Below, piece by piece: positions 33,402-45,300 of a DNA stretch of 64,000 nucleotides. The translations under genes and the position numbers were made by a program. Numbering within the stretch: the first letter of the stretch is position 1; the number at the start of each line of letters is the position of its first letter. Origin of the DNA: Tetramitus jugosus (Eukaryota; Protista; Heterolobosea). The stretch is from contig OW569354.1 in NCBI GenBank assembly GCA_937625935.1, forward strand, positions 62,001 through 126,000, in the 5' to 3' direction. Under the pieces are notes generated by a model. That model was not told the DNA's origin. It worked only from the letters and a program-made list of their open reading frames with translations, and searched no databases.

Positions 33402-36020
33402 TTACTGTGTTGATGCACAATCAATACACAGATACAGATTCTTGTGTTCCTTGGTTGGAGCTGCACAGGTGCCACAGATTATGTTGGAACATTCATCACC
33501 AGAACAAATATGAGAGCAATCTCCACAGAACAGCTTCTTGCAGTATATACATTGCCTTAATTGTAGCTTCTCCTCACAGTTGGTGCAAGTAGTTCTCTTT
33601 CTAACTCTGGTACTTCTCTGAGATTGGGGCTCTTCATGATGTTCCTCTGCTTCAGAAGTTCTCTTTCTAGCTCTGGTACTTCTCTGAGATTGGAGCTCTT
33701 CTTGATGTTGCTCTACTTCAGCAGTTATTTCATCCCATCTCCATGCTATTCTGGAACTCAGTTCTGGAATGGAACCATTGATCTCAACAACATCGTGTCC
33801 TTCATCAAGATCCAAGAGCCAAACATCAGCATATATATCTGGATCATATGATCGACTACCATGAACAGTGAAGCTGGACTCATGGATCTGGTGTATCTTT
33901 CCTTTGCCGTAGTATTGACCTGCAATACGAAGTGACACAATATCATCTGCTTTGAAGTTTTGTGTGGCACCACTTGTTGTGTTACTGGTAATGCTGGTAC
34001 TGGTGCTGCTACTGTTGTTGTTACTATTGGTACTGCTAGTTCGAGAACGTTTTCTAGGAGAGTTGGTATTGTCACCATAAAGTGCTCTAGTTCTCTTCTT
34101 CTTATTCTGAGTATTGCTACTTTGTTCTATCTCCAAATCTGATGATTCATCACTGCTAGATGTGACAGTAGTAGGTCCTTTCTGCTTCTTCTTCTTCTGA
34201 GTCTGCTTACTACGTTTCTTCTGCTATTGTTATTGAGTTTAGATTCTGAGTAGGGGTTAGATATATATATATATATATATATAGGTACTTACAATCTGCT
34301 TTGGTGCATTCTTCTTCTTCTTCTTAGCTGCTTTCTCAGCGATGAGTCTTGATTTATCGAAGCTCACGGGAGTACGATTTCCAGATCTTTGATTCACAAA
34401 ACTGTAGTACTCTGGATACATCTCAAAACATTCTTCTCTCTCCTCAAAATGGTTTGTAAGCTTCACAATGAAGTTATTAAAATCTGTAGATCTGCTACAA
34501 GTTTCTCCTACAACTGCTTCGTCTATTAAATTCTTCATCAAAGTACTTCCTATATGTCTAGCTCCAATGTCACAAGCAACGTAATAATAGATGAATGATT
34601 CTGTAAAGCTAGTGCTGCTGAATACTGGAGTCTTATCAATAGTAACAATATAGTTGCTATACTTACCAGATGGTTGCTTATTTTGGCATAGTATGTGGGC
34701 ATGGTCAATAGTTGACTTTCGTGCATTAGATTCCACCAACATACTATTGGTATTTCTCGAGGACAGATTCTGAAAGTAGGTAGTAAATGTAAGCAAGATC
34801 TCGTCAGAATACAGTTGACATTGATCTTTGCTCTCAAGTAGTTCTTGAATCACAGTTATCTTGTTCATATTCTCCATCTCTTTCTTCATTGAAGTACTAT
34901 CAATTCTCTCATCACGGCTTGTGATGTTGCTTCGCGCAGTAACATTGTATAGTTCTACAAAATAGTCATTGTCATCTTCATATGATTCCTCTTCTGCATA
35001 CCAGTGGACAAGAAATCTAGCAATCTGGAAAAGCTTTAGATTGAAGTCTTCAAATTCAATACTATTGCGTTTCAAGTAAAGCTTCACTAGCCTCCACTCA
35101 AAATACATCCATCTCAAAATAGTAAGTACTGGATACTGACGAATTAGTTCCTTGAAGCTATATGTATCTGACTCTCTCAACTGTGATACTCTCTCATAGT
35201 AAGTTGCTTCTAGTCCAACTCTAATAGCAGTTTCAAATTGTTCTTCATCTCGCCAATATTTCTTGAGATCAGATTGTATTGTAGCCAATTCTGATTCTGA
35301 TCTTCTAACTTCTGGTAAAGCCAGTGGTTTAGTATATCTCATTTGTGATTTTATGTCAGGAGTCTTCTGATATGATCTGCCATGAGTGAATTTCAGCTGT
35401 TTCTGTCTCTTCTCTTGCACCCATAACTCGTGATAGGGCATCCCTTTTTTCGTCCAGTGATTCTTGCTGTACTGTGGGATTGCCTTCAAAAGTATTTTAA
35501 TATGTGGGTCTTCGAGATCTGGCAGAGCATTTCTTAATGCTGTATTCATAACTTCATGCATTCTGCGATAGTAAAATTCGTTTCTGTCTAAGTATAGTTG
35601 TTCTGCACATTGTTTAACCAATTCCTTTTTCCTCTCAGGAATAAACAGGTTCTGACGGTCCAGAAGCCTGGTACTAGTAGCTAGTGAAGCTGGAATATTG
35701 AAAGTGAAATTTGATTCAATAATAACTGAATAGGCAGGTGGTTGATCAACTTCAGATCTCTGTGGTTGTGGCTGTGCAGACTGTTGCTGTGATGATGATT
35801 GCTGTGATGATGATTGAGGTGGAGATGATTGTTGTAGTTGCTGATATCTTTGGAATTGTAAATATGTTGCAAACATCTCATTCATATTTGGTTGACCACT
35901 TTGACTGTTCTGTGGTTGTTGCTGTGATGATGATTGCTGTGAAGATGATTGATGTGCAGACTGCTGTTGAAATTGCTGGTACCATTGACAGAATTCTGCA
36001 AACTGTTGATTATTACTCAT
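33402..36020 (-). CDS. CACTA second ORF (TnpA-like accessory protein, about 849 aa); intron 34224-34292
   Basis: A GTAAGT..(AT)n..TAG intron fuses the 587-aa and 244-aa ORFs in frame (…APKQI|QKKRSK…). Q/S-rich N-terminus, helical core, TNP1-like beta domain and Cys-rich C-terminus. Confidence 0.75.
33591..33721 (-). repeat. 66-bp (22-aa) tandem duplication in the CACTA ORF2
   Basis: Units encode 'EVEQHQEELQSQRSTRARKRT' and 'EAEEHHEEPQSQRSTRVRKRT'. Confidence 0.85.
34261..34283. repeat. (AT)n microsatellite inside the ORF2 intron
   Basis: atatatatatatatatatatata. Confidence 0.9.
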
Positions 36021-36226
36021 GACCGTTGTTACTTTGTGATCGCAAACGACTATATTGTTAGATCAAAATATTACAAGTTTCAACTAGTCCTTATCAGTAG
36101 ATTCGTTTCATAATTATGGAGGAATCTTGAGCTAATATTACATAATATTCATTTTCTCAATCAGTTGGAAGAGACAATCTACTTTGATCCACTAACAATA
36201 ACTCAACAACAACGAACAATCAAACA

Positions 36227-38476
36227 ATGCCAAAGGTGTATGCTTGTAGAGTTGCAGGATGCAATTACTTTGTGGATTCACGTAATGGAAGATATTTGCA
36301 TGAAAGAAAGCATATGCGTTCTAACAACAATGACCACAGTGTTCACAACATTGAATCTGATGGAAATGAATCATTTGGAGGTGATGGAATGGGCTTTGAA
36401 GAACCATCATCAACACCAGTCAATCCATGTAGTCTGAGTAGATCAATAGAAACTGATTTACAAAATCAGAGAACCGAAAGGTTCTTAAAGCTTGCTATGG
36501 AGCTAGAGAGTCTACATTCAGTTCCTATTAGTGCTATAGACAAAATATTTGAAACGATACATCAAGATCAATTGCATGCCTACTCTGTACATAATGTGAA
36601 TGATAGTATCAAACGTTCTGCTCCTAATATGAGCATATTATTGAACGACAAGAAGAGAAACGAAGTGATTGCTGAGAAATTCTTCGATGGTCATCCTCAC
36701 GAAACTACATATGCTGGGGAGAAGTTGTACTATCTTCCATTGAGTGATCAACTCAGATCATTATTCAAATCTAAAAGAAATGTTGATTGGATTGATTCAT
36801 CAGTATCAAGACAATCAACAAATGGAGAATATAAAGATTTATGTGATGGATCAATTATCAAGAACTCCAACTTCTTCAATACATACAGAGACGCATTACA
36901 ATTTATAATATATATGGATGAATGTTTTTTGAAAGATAGAACTGAATACATGATGGTGTACTGTACAATTGGAAACTTTCCTACTTTTGTAAGATGTCAG
37001 CTGCATAATTTATTGCCATTGGCTGCAATACCAACTAGAATCATTCAGCGTTGTGGAGATGGAGCACTAATTCCAGTATTGCATCAATTTGTACCTTTTG
37101 CTACTCCATCTGGAGTGGATATCAAGATTTACAACAGCGCATACAGAACATTTAGAGGAGAAGTGGTTGTAGGGTTATTCGACCATAAGGCAGCTCATGA
37201 ATTGGGTGGCTTCTATTCATCCTTCAATAATATGAAACGATTCTGTAGACACTGCCTCATACACAGATCAGATATCAGATCAACAGACAGAACTCTTTTT
37301 GTGAAGAGAACTCCAGAACACCACGATTGCATTGTAGAAGCCATAGAAAATGGAATTTCAGAGAAAGGAATCAGATCCATGTTTGGAGTCAAGGGCTTTT
37401 CTGTACTGCACGAGCTACCTAACTTTCATGTGTGCCAGAAGTTACCTCCAGATCTAATGCATACAGAGTTTGAGGGAGAATTGAAGAGAGAACTCTGTCT
37501 ATTTATTGATTTTGCTATCAACACTGGGAACTGGTTCTCTCATACAGATATCAATAGATTAATTAGACACTGGAGAAATGAGCTTGATTTGAAGAAACTA
37601 GTTCCAGATGGAATATCAGATAAGTTCTGCAAGAATGTTAGCTCTAATGAACTCACTTCCAGCCAAATTTACTCTCTCTCAAGTTTGATGCCCTATTTAT
37701 GTACGGAATTGCCATGCTGGGATGAAATCTGTGACAGTGTACATTACAAATCACTCATCAAGCATTTGGAATATCTGGAAGTAGCATTGCAATGGACATT
37801 CACAGAAAATGATCTGGAGAAGTTAGATAGATTGCTGGATGAGCATGTGGCTCTATGGATTGAAGCTTATCCAAATACTTTCTGTCCAAAAGCTCACTAT
37901 AGGTTCCACTTCTCAGAGGCAATTAGATCATTTGGACCACTAGTGGGGATTTATTGCATGAGGTATGAGGCAAAGCATCAAGTAATGAAACGCTTGGTGA
38001 AGAATAGCAACAATCATAATGATGCCAAGTGCATCCTGATCAAGGTATTGAAGCATCTGGCATCAGAAGATCATGAATCTGAAGTGAATGTGAAAGACCC
38101 TACTACAATCCTACCAAGGACCATCCAATCATTACTCGCAGATTGTCAGAGATCATGCAACACCAAAGTAACAGCATACAAAGTAGTTACATACCGATCT
38201 ATGACGTATAGAATTGGTGATCTAGTTGCTACTGCAACTGGTTACGGTAGAGTTCAAATGGTCTATCAGTTTGATGACGAAACGATCTATATATTGGTAC
38301 GACACTGCGTTCAGGCTGATGCACTTCCTCATCTACCATATAATGTCATAACAGAAGGAACAATGAGTACCTATATCCCATTTACTGATATTAGAGGAAA
38401 GTTGCATACTCTATCTATCAAAGGGCAGTCAAAATCAATTATTATTCATATATCATCTGCAATATTCGTAGAATAA
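36227..38476 (+). CDS. EnSpm/CACTA DDE transposase (749 aa) with N-terminal C2H2 finger
   Basis: 'CRVAGC...LHERKH', 'YKDLCDG', 'IIYMDE', 'DHKAAHELGGF..CRHC', 'PPDLMHTEFEG', 'PKAHYRFH..AIRSFGPL..YCMRYEAKH' are all characteristic of EnSpm transposases. Uninterrupted. Confidence 0.9.
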   Translation: MPKVYACRVAGCNYFVDSRNGRYLHERKHMRSNNNDHSVHNIESDGNESFGGDGMGFEEPSSTPVNPCSLSRSIETDLQNQRTERFLKLAMELESLHSVPISAIDKIFETIHQDQLHAYSVHNVNDSIKRSAPNMSILLNDKKRNEVIAEKFFDGHPHETTYAGEKLYYLPLSDQLRSLFKSKRNVDWIDSSVSRQSTNGEYKDLCDGSIIKNSNFFNTYRDALQFIIYMDECFLKDRTEYMMVYCTIGNFPTFVRCQLHNLLPLAAIPTRIIQRCGDGALIPVLHQFVPFATPSGVDIKIYNSAYRTFRGEVVVGLFDHKAAHELGGFYSSFNNMKRFCRHCLIHRSDIRSTDRTLFVKRTPEHHDCIVEAIENGISEKGIRSMFGVKGFSVLHELPNFHVCQKLPPDLMHTEFEGELKRELCLFIDFAINTGNWFSHTDINRLIRHWRNELDLKKLVPDGISDKFCKNVSSNELTSSQIYSLSSLMPYLCTELPCWDEICDSVHYKSLIKHLEYLEVALQWTFTENDLEKLDRLLDEHVALWIEAYPNTFCPKAHYRFHFSEAIRSFGPLVGIYCMRYEAKHQVMKRLVKNSNNHNDAKCILIKVLKHLASEDHESEVNVKDPTTILPRTIQSLLADCQRSCNTKVTAYKVVTYRSMTYRIGDLVATATGYGRVQMVYQFDDETIYILVRHCVQADALPHLPYNVITEGTMSTYIPFTDIRGKLHTLSIKGQSKSIIIHISSAIFVE

Positions 38477-38524
38477 ATCTGTGGCTTCTAGCGCAGTGCT
38501 ATGTCACAATCTAATGATATCAAG

Positions 38525-38685
38525 TGGTAATATTACCTGGTTTACATCCACAGTACTAGGTACAATTACCTGGTTCAACAATCACTCAAAACTGGTTTCA
38601 TCTGAACTAGGTAAAATACTAGGTTTACCTGGTTACTACCTGGTTTGCTCTCTAAACTAGGTAAAATACCAGGTTTACCTGGTTC
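38525..38685. repeat. Right subterminal array of ACYAGGTAA-like motifs
   Basis: Repeated TTACCTGGTT / ACTAGGTAAAATAC; the block AACTAGGTAAAATAC(T/C)AGGTTTACCTGGTT occurs twice. Confidence 0.85.
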
Positions 38686-38709
38686 AAACTACCTCATCTG
38701 TTAGTAGTG
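38686..38709 (-). repeat. Right terminal inverted repeat
   Basis: AAACTACCTCATCTGTTAGTAGTG. Confidence 0.9.
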
Positions 38710-39043
38710 TCTCGTCCTTGGGCAGCGGAAACACAAGGTTTTCTTTGCCGCCTCTGCTCTGTGTTGCATTAGCTCTCATTCTCATAAAATCCAACAAGTA
38801 GCCAAACAATTGTCCGTTTCGATCGACAAAGTATCGATTGGTGAGGGGATCCTTTTCCGGTGCACCAAATGCATCTTCATTGAACATGTTGTCAAAGTAG
38901 GAGTGGGGAACGGAACGAAGAGTCTCCAGTGTGGTCGAATAATGAACACCACCAATGTCCAACAGGATACGATTGTTGGAGTTGAGTGGAAAGTGAATGA
39001 AGGGTGACAGTACATCATGATGTTCAGTGGATGAGGAAGCCAT
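38710..39043 (-). pseudogene. 5' half of the disrupted BTB/POZ gene
   Basis: 'ILLDIGGVHYSTTLETL..YFDNMF..YFVDRNGQLFGYLLDFMR..PLPKDE' reads into the TIR and stops. Confidence 0.85.
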
Positions 39044-39066
39044 GTTTGCTTGGGATAGTCGTGTTT

Positions 39067-39122
39067 TTGTTGTTTTATGGGTGGGTGGAACTTTTTTATT
39101 GTTGTTTTATGGGTGTGGAACT
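39067..39122 (+). repeat. Short direct duplication TTGTTGTTTTATGGGTG(GG)TGGAACT upstream of the BTB gene
   Basis: Two near-identical copies at 39067-39092 and 39099-39122. Confidence 0.7.
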
Positions 39123-39302
39123 CCTTGGGAGAAGTTCACTTCTGTAAAGTTCGACAAGTTCAAGTTGTTATTTTTGGCGAATGCTCACGAGTTGTATACA
39201 ACATAGGGAACTCATGAATTGTTTGTGCATGACTTTATTATTGAGTAAAGATACATGTCGTGTTGTTGGTCATTCAATATTCGTCAACTGTAAGAGATTT
39301 GC

Positions 39303-42300
39303 TTATTGACTCTTCTTGTCCTGAGTGTCCATGAGTTGAACAGCGAGAGAAGATAGGTTGACATACTTCTTGTATTCTTCTGTGGCACTGAATCGAGTAA
39401 ATGTATCACAGATATTCACCATGATCTCATTGTACAAGTCAAGCAAGGATTCCTCGGCTTCAGCGGCAGCAATAGTGTCCTTCTCCTTCATTATCTTTAT
39501 CTTCTTTCGACACCTGGCAGGAACGTTAATTTCATAGTCTGAACCCTGCTCAATGTACAATGAATAGATCTCGTTTATCTGTCGTGATCTCTGCTCTTTG
39601 GTCATCACCATATTGTCTGCTCTAATCTGTTCTAGATCGCTCCATAAGAGAATATTTTCTAAAGCAAACTCCTTCTTTGCATAGTTTGAAAAGACTTCAA
39701 GTCCATAGTCGTGACGTAAGAGCTGAGTCAACTTTTGTTCTGCTGTGCTCACACCAGATTTGAGGTCAGTCACATATGATTTCAGTGCCGTGTACTCTTC
39801 GAGTTGATGATGGAGTTTGAATCTGTGGACCAACCTTACTATTACTGTATATCCTCCAAAAGATATGATTCTGAGGAGTATGTACGCCACATCGAATAAA
39901 AACTCAACAATCTTGGCACCGGAATTGGCTTGTGGTGTCTTCGCGAATCTATCAGAGATTCCAACAATATAGGAGATGAGCATCACTATCAATCCTGTTA
40001 CCATAAATATTGATTCAATTCGGAACTGCAATGGATCATCAGAAGTGAAATGTGTGGCCAGAGCCTTCATTCCACCGAATGTTCTTTCCCACTCGATTGA
40101 TTTTCCTTCAATGGATTCCTTGCCTGAAGTGAGAGATCTCTTATAAACCTTTCTAGTCAAAACAATCACTAAGTCCCAAACAAATAACACGATAATCAAT
40201 GCGGCTATCGCAAAACTCATTGCAGCGAATGAAAGCGCGTTAAAGGCAGATGCAGGATTTGGCTTAATCACTGCCGTTGCCTCTAATATTGATATCAAAA
40301 CAAAGTAAACACAACTCATCACCAGTATTAATAGTGCTAATATAATGTAAACAAGTTTTGAAGACACCATCTTGAGTAATCTCAACTTTCTCTTGTCTGA
40401 TCGCTCGGTGCCCATGATTGCATACAAATTCTTCATCAACAAATATCTCATCATCTGCCAAAAGTAGATAAATAATGAAACAAGAACAATCGGATTCACA
40501 ATACTCATTATAATATAGGCTATTGAGTTCACTCCTCGATAGTCTTTGGCGCTTGAAGCACCAATGAGTAGCGCGTTACGAATAACACCATTTAGAATAC
40601 ATTCTACTATAATCGCTGTCAGACCAATGAACGGAGCAATGAATCTGGATCTAATCGGTTGTTTCTTATTCCAGACAGATACTCCAATGAGTACCAGTAC
40701 ACTCAAAACTATAAAGAGTGAATAGACGACAATGTAAGTAATATAGAGCCCATCTGACGCTTTGTTTGGTGCCTTTGCATCATAAATAACAAATGCAGAA
40801 AAGCTAGTTGTGTGATCACAATGACAGACAATCTCAGAGTCTGTCTCTTTGTACAACTTGCAACCACCAACACTCCAGGAATCTCCTGTGCTTTCATCCC
40901 AAAATTTGCATGAATATTGATGTTGTAGGGAATCATTTACAACATAATTTTGATCCTTCTTCAAAACAATTTCAATCGGACTACTCATATTCCTCAAAGG
41001 CAACTTTTGTTGGTCTGACAGCAATCGGAAACTAATAATCGAAGTTCCAATATCATTGGATGAATTAGACCAACTATATGGATTGTTTGATGGAGCAAAA
41101 TTAATCAACTCAATGGTGTACTCTTGATCTGATTCAAGTTGGTCGATTGTCGTTGGGAGTCCTACATAGCCATCAGATGTGTTGTACTTCGAATTCCTGA
41201 TATTGTCTGGCGTGTCAATCTGAATCAACAGATCAAAATTACTTGTTGATATCTCAGTTTTAGGTTCTGCAGCTAATTTATCTGTCGCAATTACGTAACC
41301 TAGTTTCTCAATGAGAGATAACATCTGGCTGGAGTCATGTTGGCTTGCACGTACTGAATGGACGTTAGAGATTGATACTGCTACTTGATTGATTTGTGTG
41401 TCATCTAATTTAATGGCTGAGTATGTCTTGTCTGATGCTAACACGACGTCCATAATTGTTCCAATAATTGATGAAGTTGTCTCTCGTATATTTGAAGTCG
41501 TACCGCTTGAAAATAAACTCAGAACATGAATATTGCTAACAGCTGCTAAGATTGATGCGGTGGAATTAGATTTGATCTCCTTCAATATCATATCTGTTGT
41601 GTTTGATATTACAGTCTCGAGTAATGCTTGTGTCATGGTTGAGCCCTTTTGACTGACAACGTTCACAGCAATGTTGATAAGTTGTTCGGAATCGATGGAG
41701 CTCCTATCATTCACCAGTAAATCAACTAGTATATTCATACTATTGTTATTGGACCTCACGGATAATGTAGTTAGAGACTCCGATTTTGATCCGTACTCGT
41801 TTTCAGCCACACACTTAACAACTACTACCTCTGAAGAATTACTTCTAGGCATCAGTGTAGTAAACGAAGAAGTTCCTAGTAGTCGAAGAGGAGTAGTATT
41901 ATTTTCGTTCACAATGTAGAAAGAGTATTGTAGCTGAGTAGAATCGGAATCATGAGCAAACGCAGAGAACATAAATGAGGTGGCAAGCTCTTGACCAGTT
42001 GTTGGAGTTGTCGTAAAGTTATCAATTTGGGGAATAGACGCAGTTCTGATTGTGATCGAGGCATACCCCTCCGAGAGATCCTGCATATTTCTAGCAGATA
42101 TCTTGATTGTATACACTGTTGAGGGTTGAAGTGTGTTCTCCTGGAGAATGAGAGGTCTTAAAACATTGTTTTTGTCCTGGTACACGGTAGATCCATTATT
42201 GTGAACAACAATCCATTCATAAATCACAGAAGAGCTGTTCACATTGACATTCATAGAGTACTTAGCCTCAACCTTTAGCTTTTTCTGATTACTAACAATA

Positions 42301-45300
42301 TCTGAGAGTCCTGTTGTTGAGATTGATACGACAGGCAAGTACTTCCAGGGCACAACTTCAATCTGAATAGAATGGGTAGTGTAACGATCAGGGTAAACAG
42401 TAGAAATCATTTTCTTAACTGAAACTGTGTAATTCCCTGGAGTTGCAGCACTAAATACAACGCCCTTAGCGAGTGGAACGAGGTTGGCAGTTGTATTCGA
42501 ACAGCTCCACACATAGGAAGCATTGACATTCGTGTATTTGGCAGCACGATAATTTAAGGTAATAGGATAGTCGAAAGGAATTCTTCGATCTCCACCATCG
42601 ATCGCTACCGCATCATACACTTTAATCACCAAATCTCTACTAAATAAGTAACTATCAAGAGCAAATGTGAGAGTCATTGTGTGATCTCCTATAGAAAGAT
42701 ATCGAGGAACGATCACATTTGTAGAATTCGCTGTACTATTGAGTTTTGTCGTTCCAAGTGTCCACTGTATGTTCAAGCTGGCCCAACAACTGGGTAGCCC
42801 CCCCACGTTTGCAAACACGGAAACGATGTTCGATGAAAACATCTCAATGATTGCTTGATCGGTGACAACTGTGAGTGCCAACTGTTTTCGAAGCACAACT
42901 GTAGAAGTAGATAAGAATGGAGTCCCAGAGTAAAAATCGCTTAACAAAAGATTCGTAGTTATCTGTTGTTCGATTCCAGCTTGCAACCAATCACGAGGAA
43001 TTGATACATTCAATGAGTGAAGAGCGAGAAGGTATTGCTTTAGGGCAAGAGTACCGAACTCTGCTGAATAATTGATCGTGAATGGAAGTGATGGGAAAGA
43101 GGTCGTAGCTACACTAAATTCCAAATTGGGTTGGCAATACTCTATCTCGACTCGCGTTGGTGCAGCAAGCTTTGGGGACAATCCACACCTCGCTTCTGAG
43201 CTGTTCACAAACTGAAGTGTCATCTTGGGATTGAGAATATCAGGGAATGATGCTCCCCAAGTCATTCTTGGCGAGTTTAACTGAACTAAGTCCGTAGAAT
43301 TGCTGCTACTGAACCACCAACCACCTTGCGTGACTCCACCTACTCCATAGATATCATTATGGTCAGCAGTAGCAAAAGCAGATCCGTTCTGTTTCTGGAA
43401 CTCATCCGGCAATCCCGTTGAGGAAATAGAATCTCCGACAATCATGGAATAATTACTGAGAGAAGAGTCCAATTTGAACAATTCATACTCGATTTTCTGC
43501 ATCGAAAGGTCATTTGCTATAAATTGAACATGTAACTTCGTGGTAGCAATATTGGTTAGGGTGTGAATATTCTCTAATCCATAGAAAAAATCGTCATAAG
43601 TGAAACCATGGAATCCATTCACATATTCCTGCCATGTCTTATCGAAAGAATAAGAAAGTGTCCTCCTTTGTATGGTCATCCCTGCAGATGAGTCAAAGTC
43701 ACAATACACGACCAGCGCATTGCATTTTGGATATATTTGATAGATTCCAGATGGGGCAGCTCCCCACTCGCTCTGAATACTGATGCAATCGGTCATTTTT
43801 AACATCTTTGCTGGTGGTAGGACATAACCCCATAGCATCGACTCATCCTGTGCTGTAGCAAGATATGGAAGATACAACATCTTTGGGTTCAAAGTACCAG
43901 ACGCTCCAACTACATATCCTACTTGTTCCTGGGTCATACTATCTATTCCCCAGTAATTTAGTTGAACATTAATGGTTCTTGAGTCTGTTTTGTTCAGTAC
44001 ACGCAATCCCCGATGATAAAAAAAGTTCCTACTAATCTGCATAGGACCAGAGATTTGTAACAGTATGTTATTTCGCTGTTCAACAAAGCTGTTGCCTCTG
44101 AACTCCATAATTGTTTCTTCACCTGAAGATAAGAGCACTAGAGGTTTATTACTCGTAGCCAATTTGGATGTAGTAAACTCGTTATTAAGTATCGATACAG
44201 TTTGTTGTGTCAAAGTCGTGCCCCCCACCTTGAAAGCGATATATTGTTCAGTGTCATTGAAGTAATTGCCTTGTATTGCTGCTGGTCCTGAAAAATAGTT
44301 AATTGACACTCCTGACGTACAGGAATCAATCGCATTGTAACGTATCTGTAATTTTGGAGAAATAATTGACTCTATCGCGGCATAGTATATGTCTATAGCT
44401 TTCCAACATGAGTGAAAGTAATTCTGACGTATCATACTCACCCCTAAGAAATTATTGATTTGAATACCACTCATTGCATTATAAAAATTATTGCCTATTA
44501 TCGATATCTCAGCGGCATTCGAAGGTGTTATAATGAGACTTGTCGAGTTGAATACATTATAATTGACGTATTGATACTCAATTTTCCCCTTAGCATAGAC
44601 TGAAGCACCAATGAACTGTGATGTCGCTAGTGTTACTTTCGAATCACTGGCATAGATATGGTACGGAGCCACAGTGGACAGAAACCAAGTATTTGATGTG
44701 ACCAACTCTGATCCCTTCCTCAACAAAATCGTTGCTGATGTTCCATTGCAATTTCCACCGTTTGGTATCACAACATTTGCTAATGACAATTTTCCCTTGA
44801 CATCAAAACCACAAAAGGAAGCATTGACCCCAGAATTAAAAAGTATTGTATCATTTGATAGACCATTCGCCGATAAGTGAGCTCCTGTTTCGACAGTAAT
44901 CGTAACCTTTGGCATAATTGTCAGTTGAGTTCCCTCCTGAATGTTGAGATTGGCCAACACAGACATATCGCTGATAATTCTGTATGAGAAATTGTTACTT
45001 AAGGTATCGCCATAGAGATCACTATCAAGAATGATGACAGGCTTTGCTCCAGTCAATTGATGAGATACCTTGGCAACAAACAAGCAAGATGTCGATAGGG
45101 GTAATTGATCTGGTCCTCCCTGAACAGATGAAGACAAAATTCGTCCAACAAGCACGATCTTGTTGTCAGATGTCACTATGGTATCTCTAATCACATCGTC
45201 TAGGGGTCCCCCAAAATATATCGTATCAACAAATTGTCTACTTGTGATCGATATGAAGGTCAGTACTACATCATAACCAGAATATCGTGAGACAATGGAA

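Larger units (their letters stand above)
33171..38709. mobile_element. CACTA (EnSpm/CMC superfamily) DNA transposon, 5539 bp, two divergent genes
   Basis: Ends are CACTA...TAGTG with 24-bp imperfect TIRs (20/24). Dense subterminal repeats, an EnSpm-type transposase, and insertion into a host ORF. Confidence 0.93.

Noticed and set aside
33184-38685. Subterminal repeats as a CRISPR-like array
   Set aside because: Short motifs in mixed orientation with irregular spacing next to TIRs, typical of CACTA subterminal repeats; eukaryotic context and no cas genes.
33171-38709. Idea that the CACTA element is spliced out of the BTB mRNA as an intron (GAG|GTAGTT donor in one TIR, CTAAT..TAG in the other)
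   Set aside because: The available donors before the in-frame stop are phase 0, while the acceptors leave 5, 2 or 1 extra nt; no combination restores the frame.
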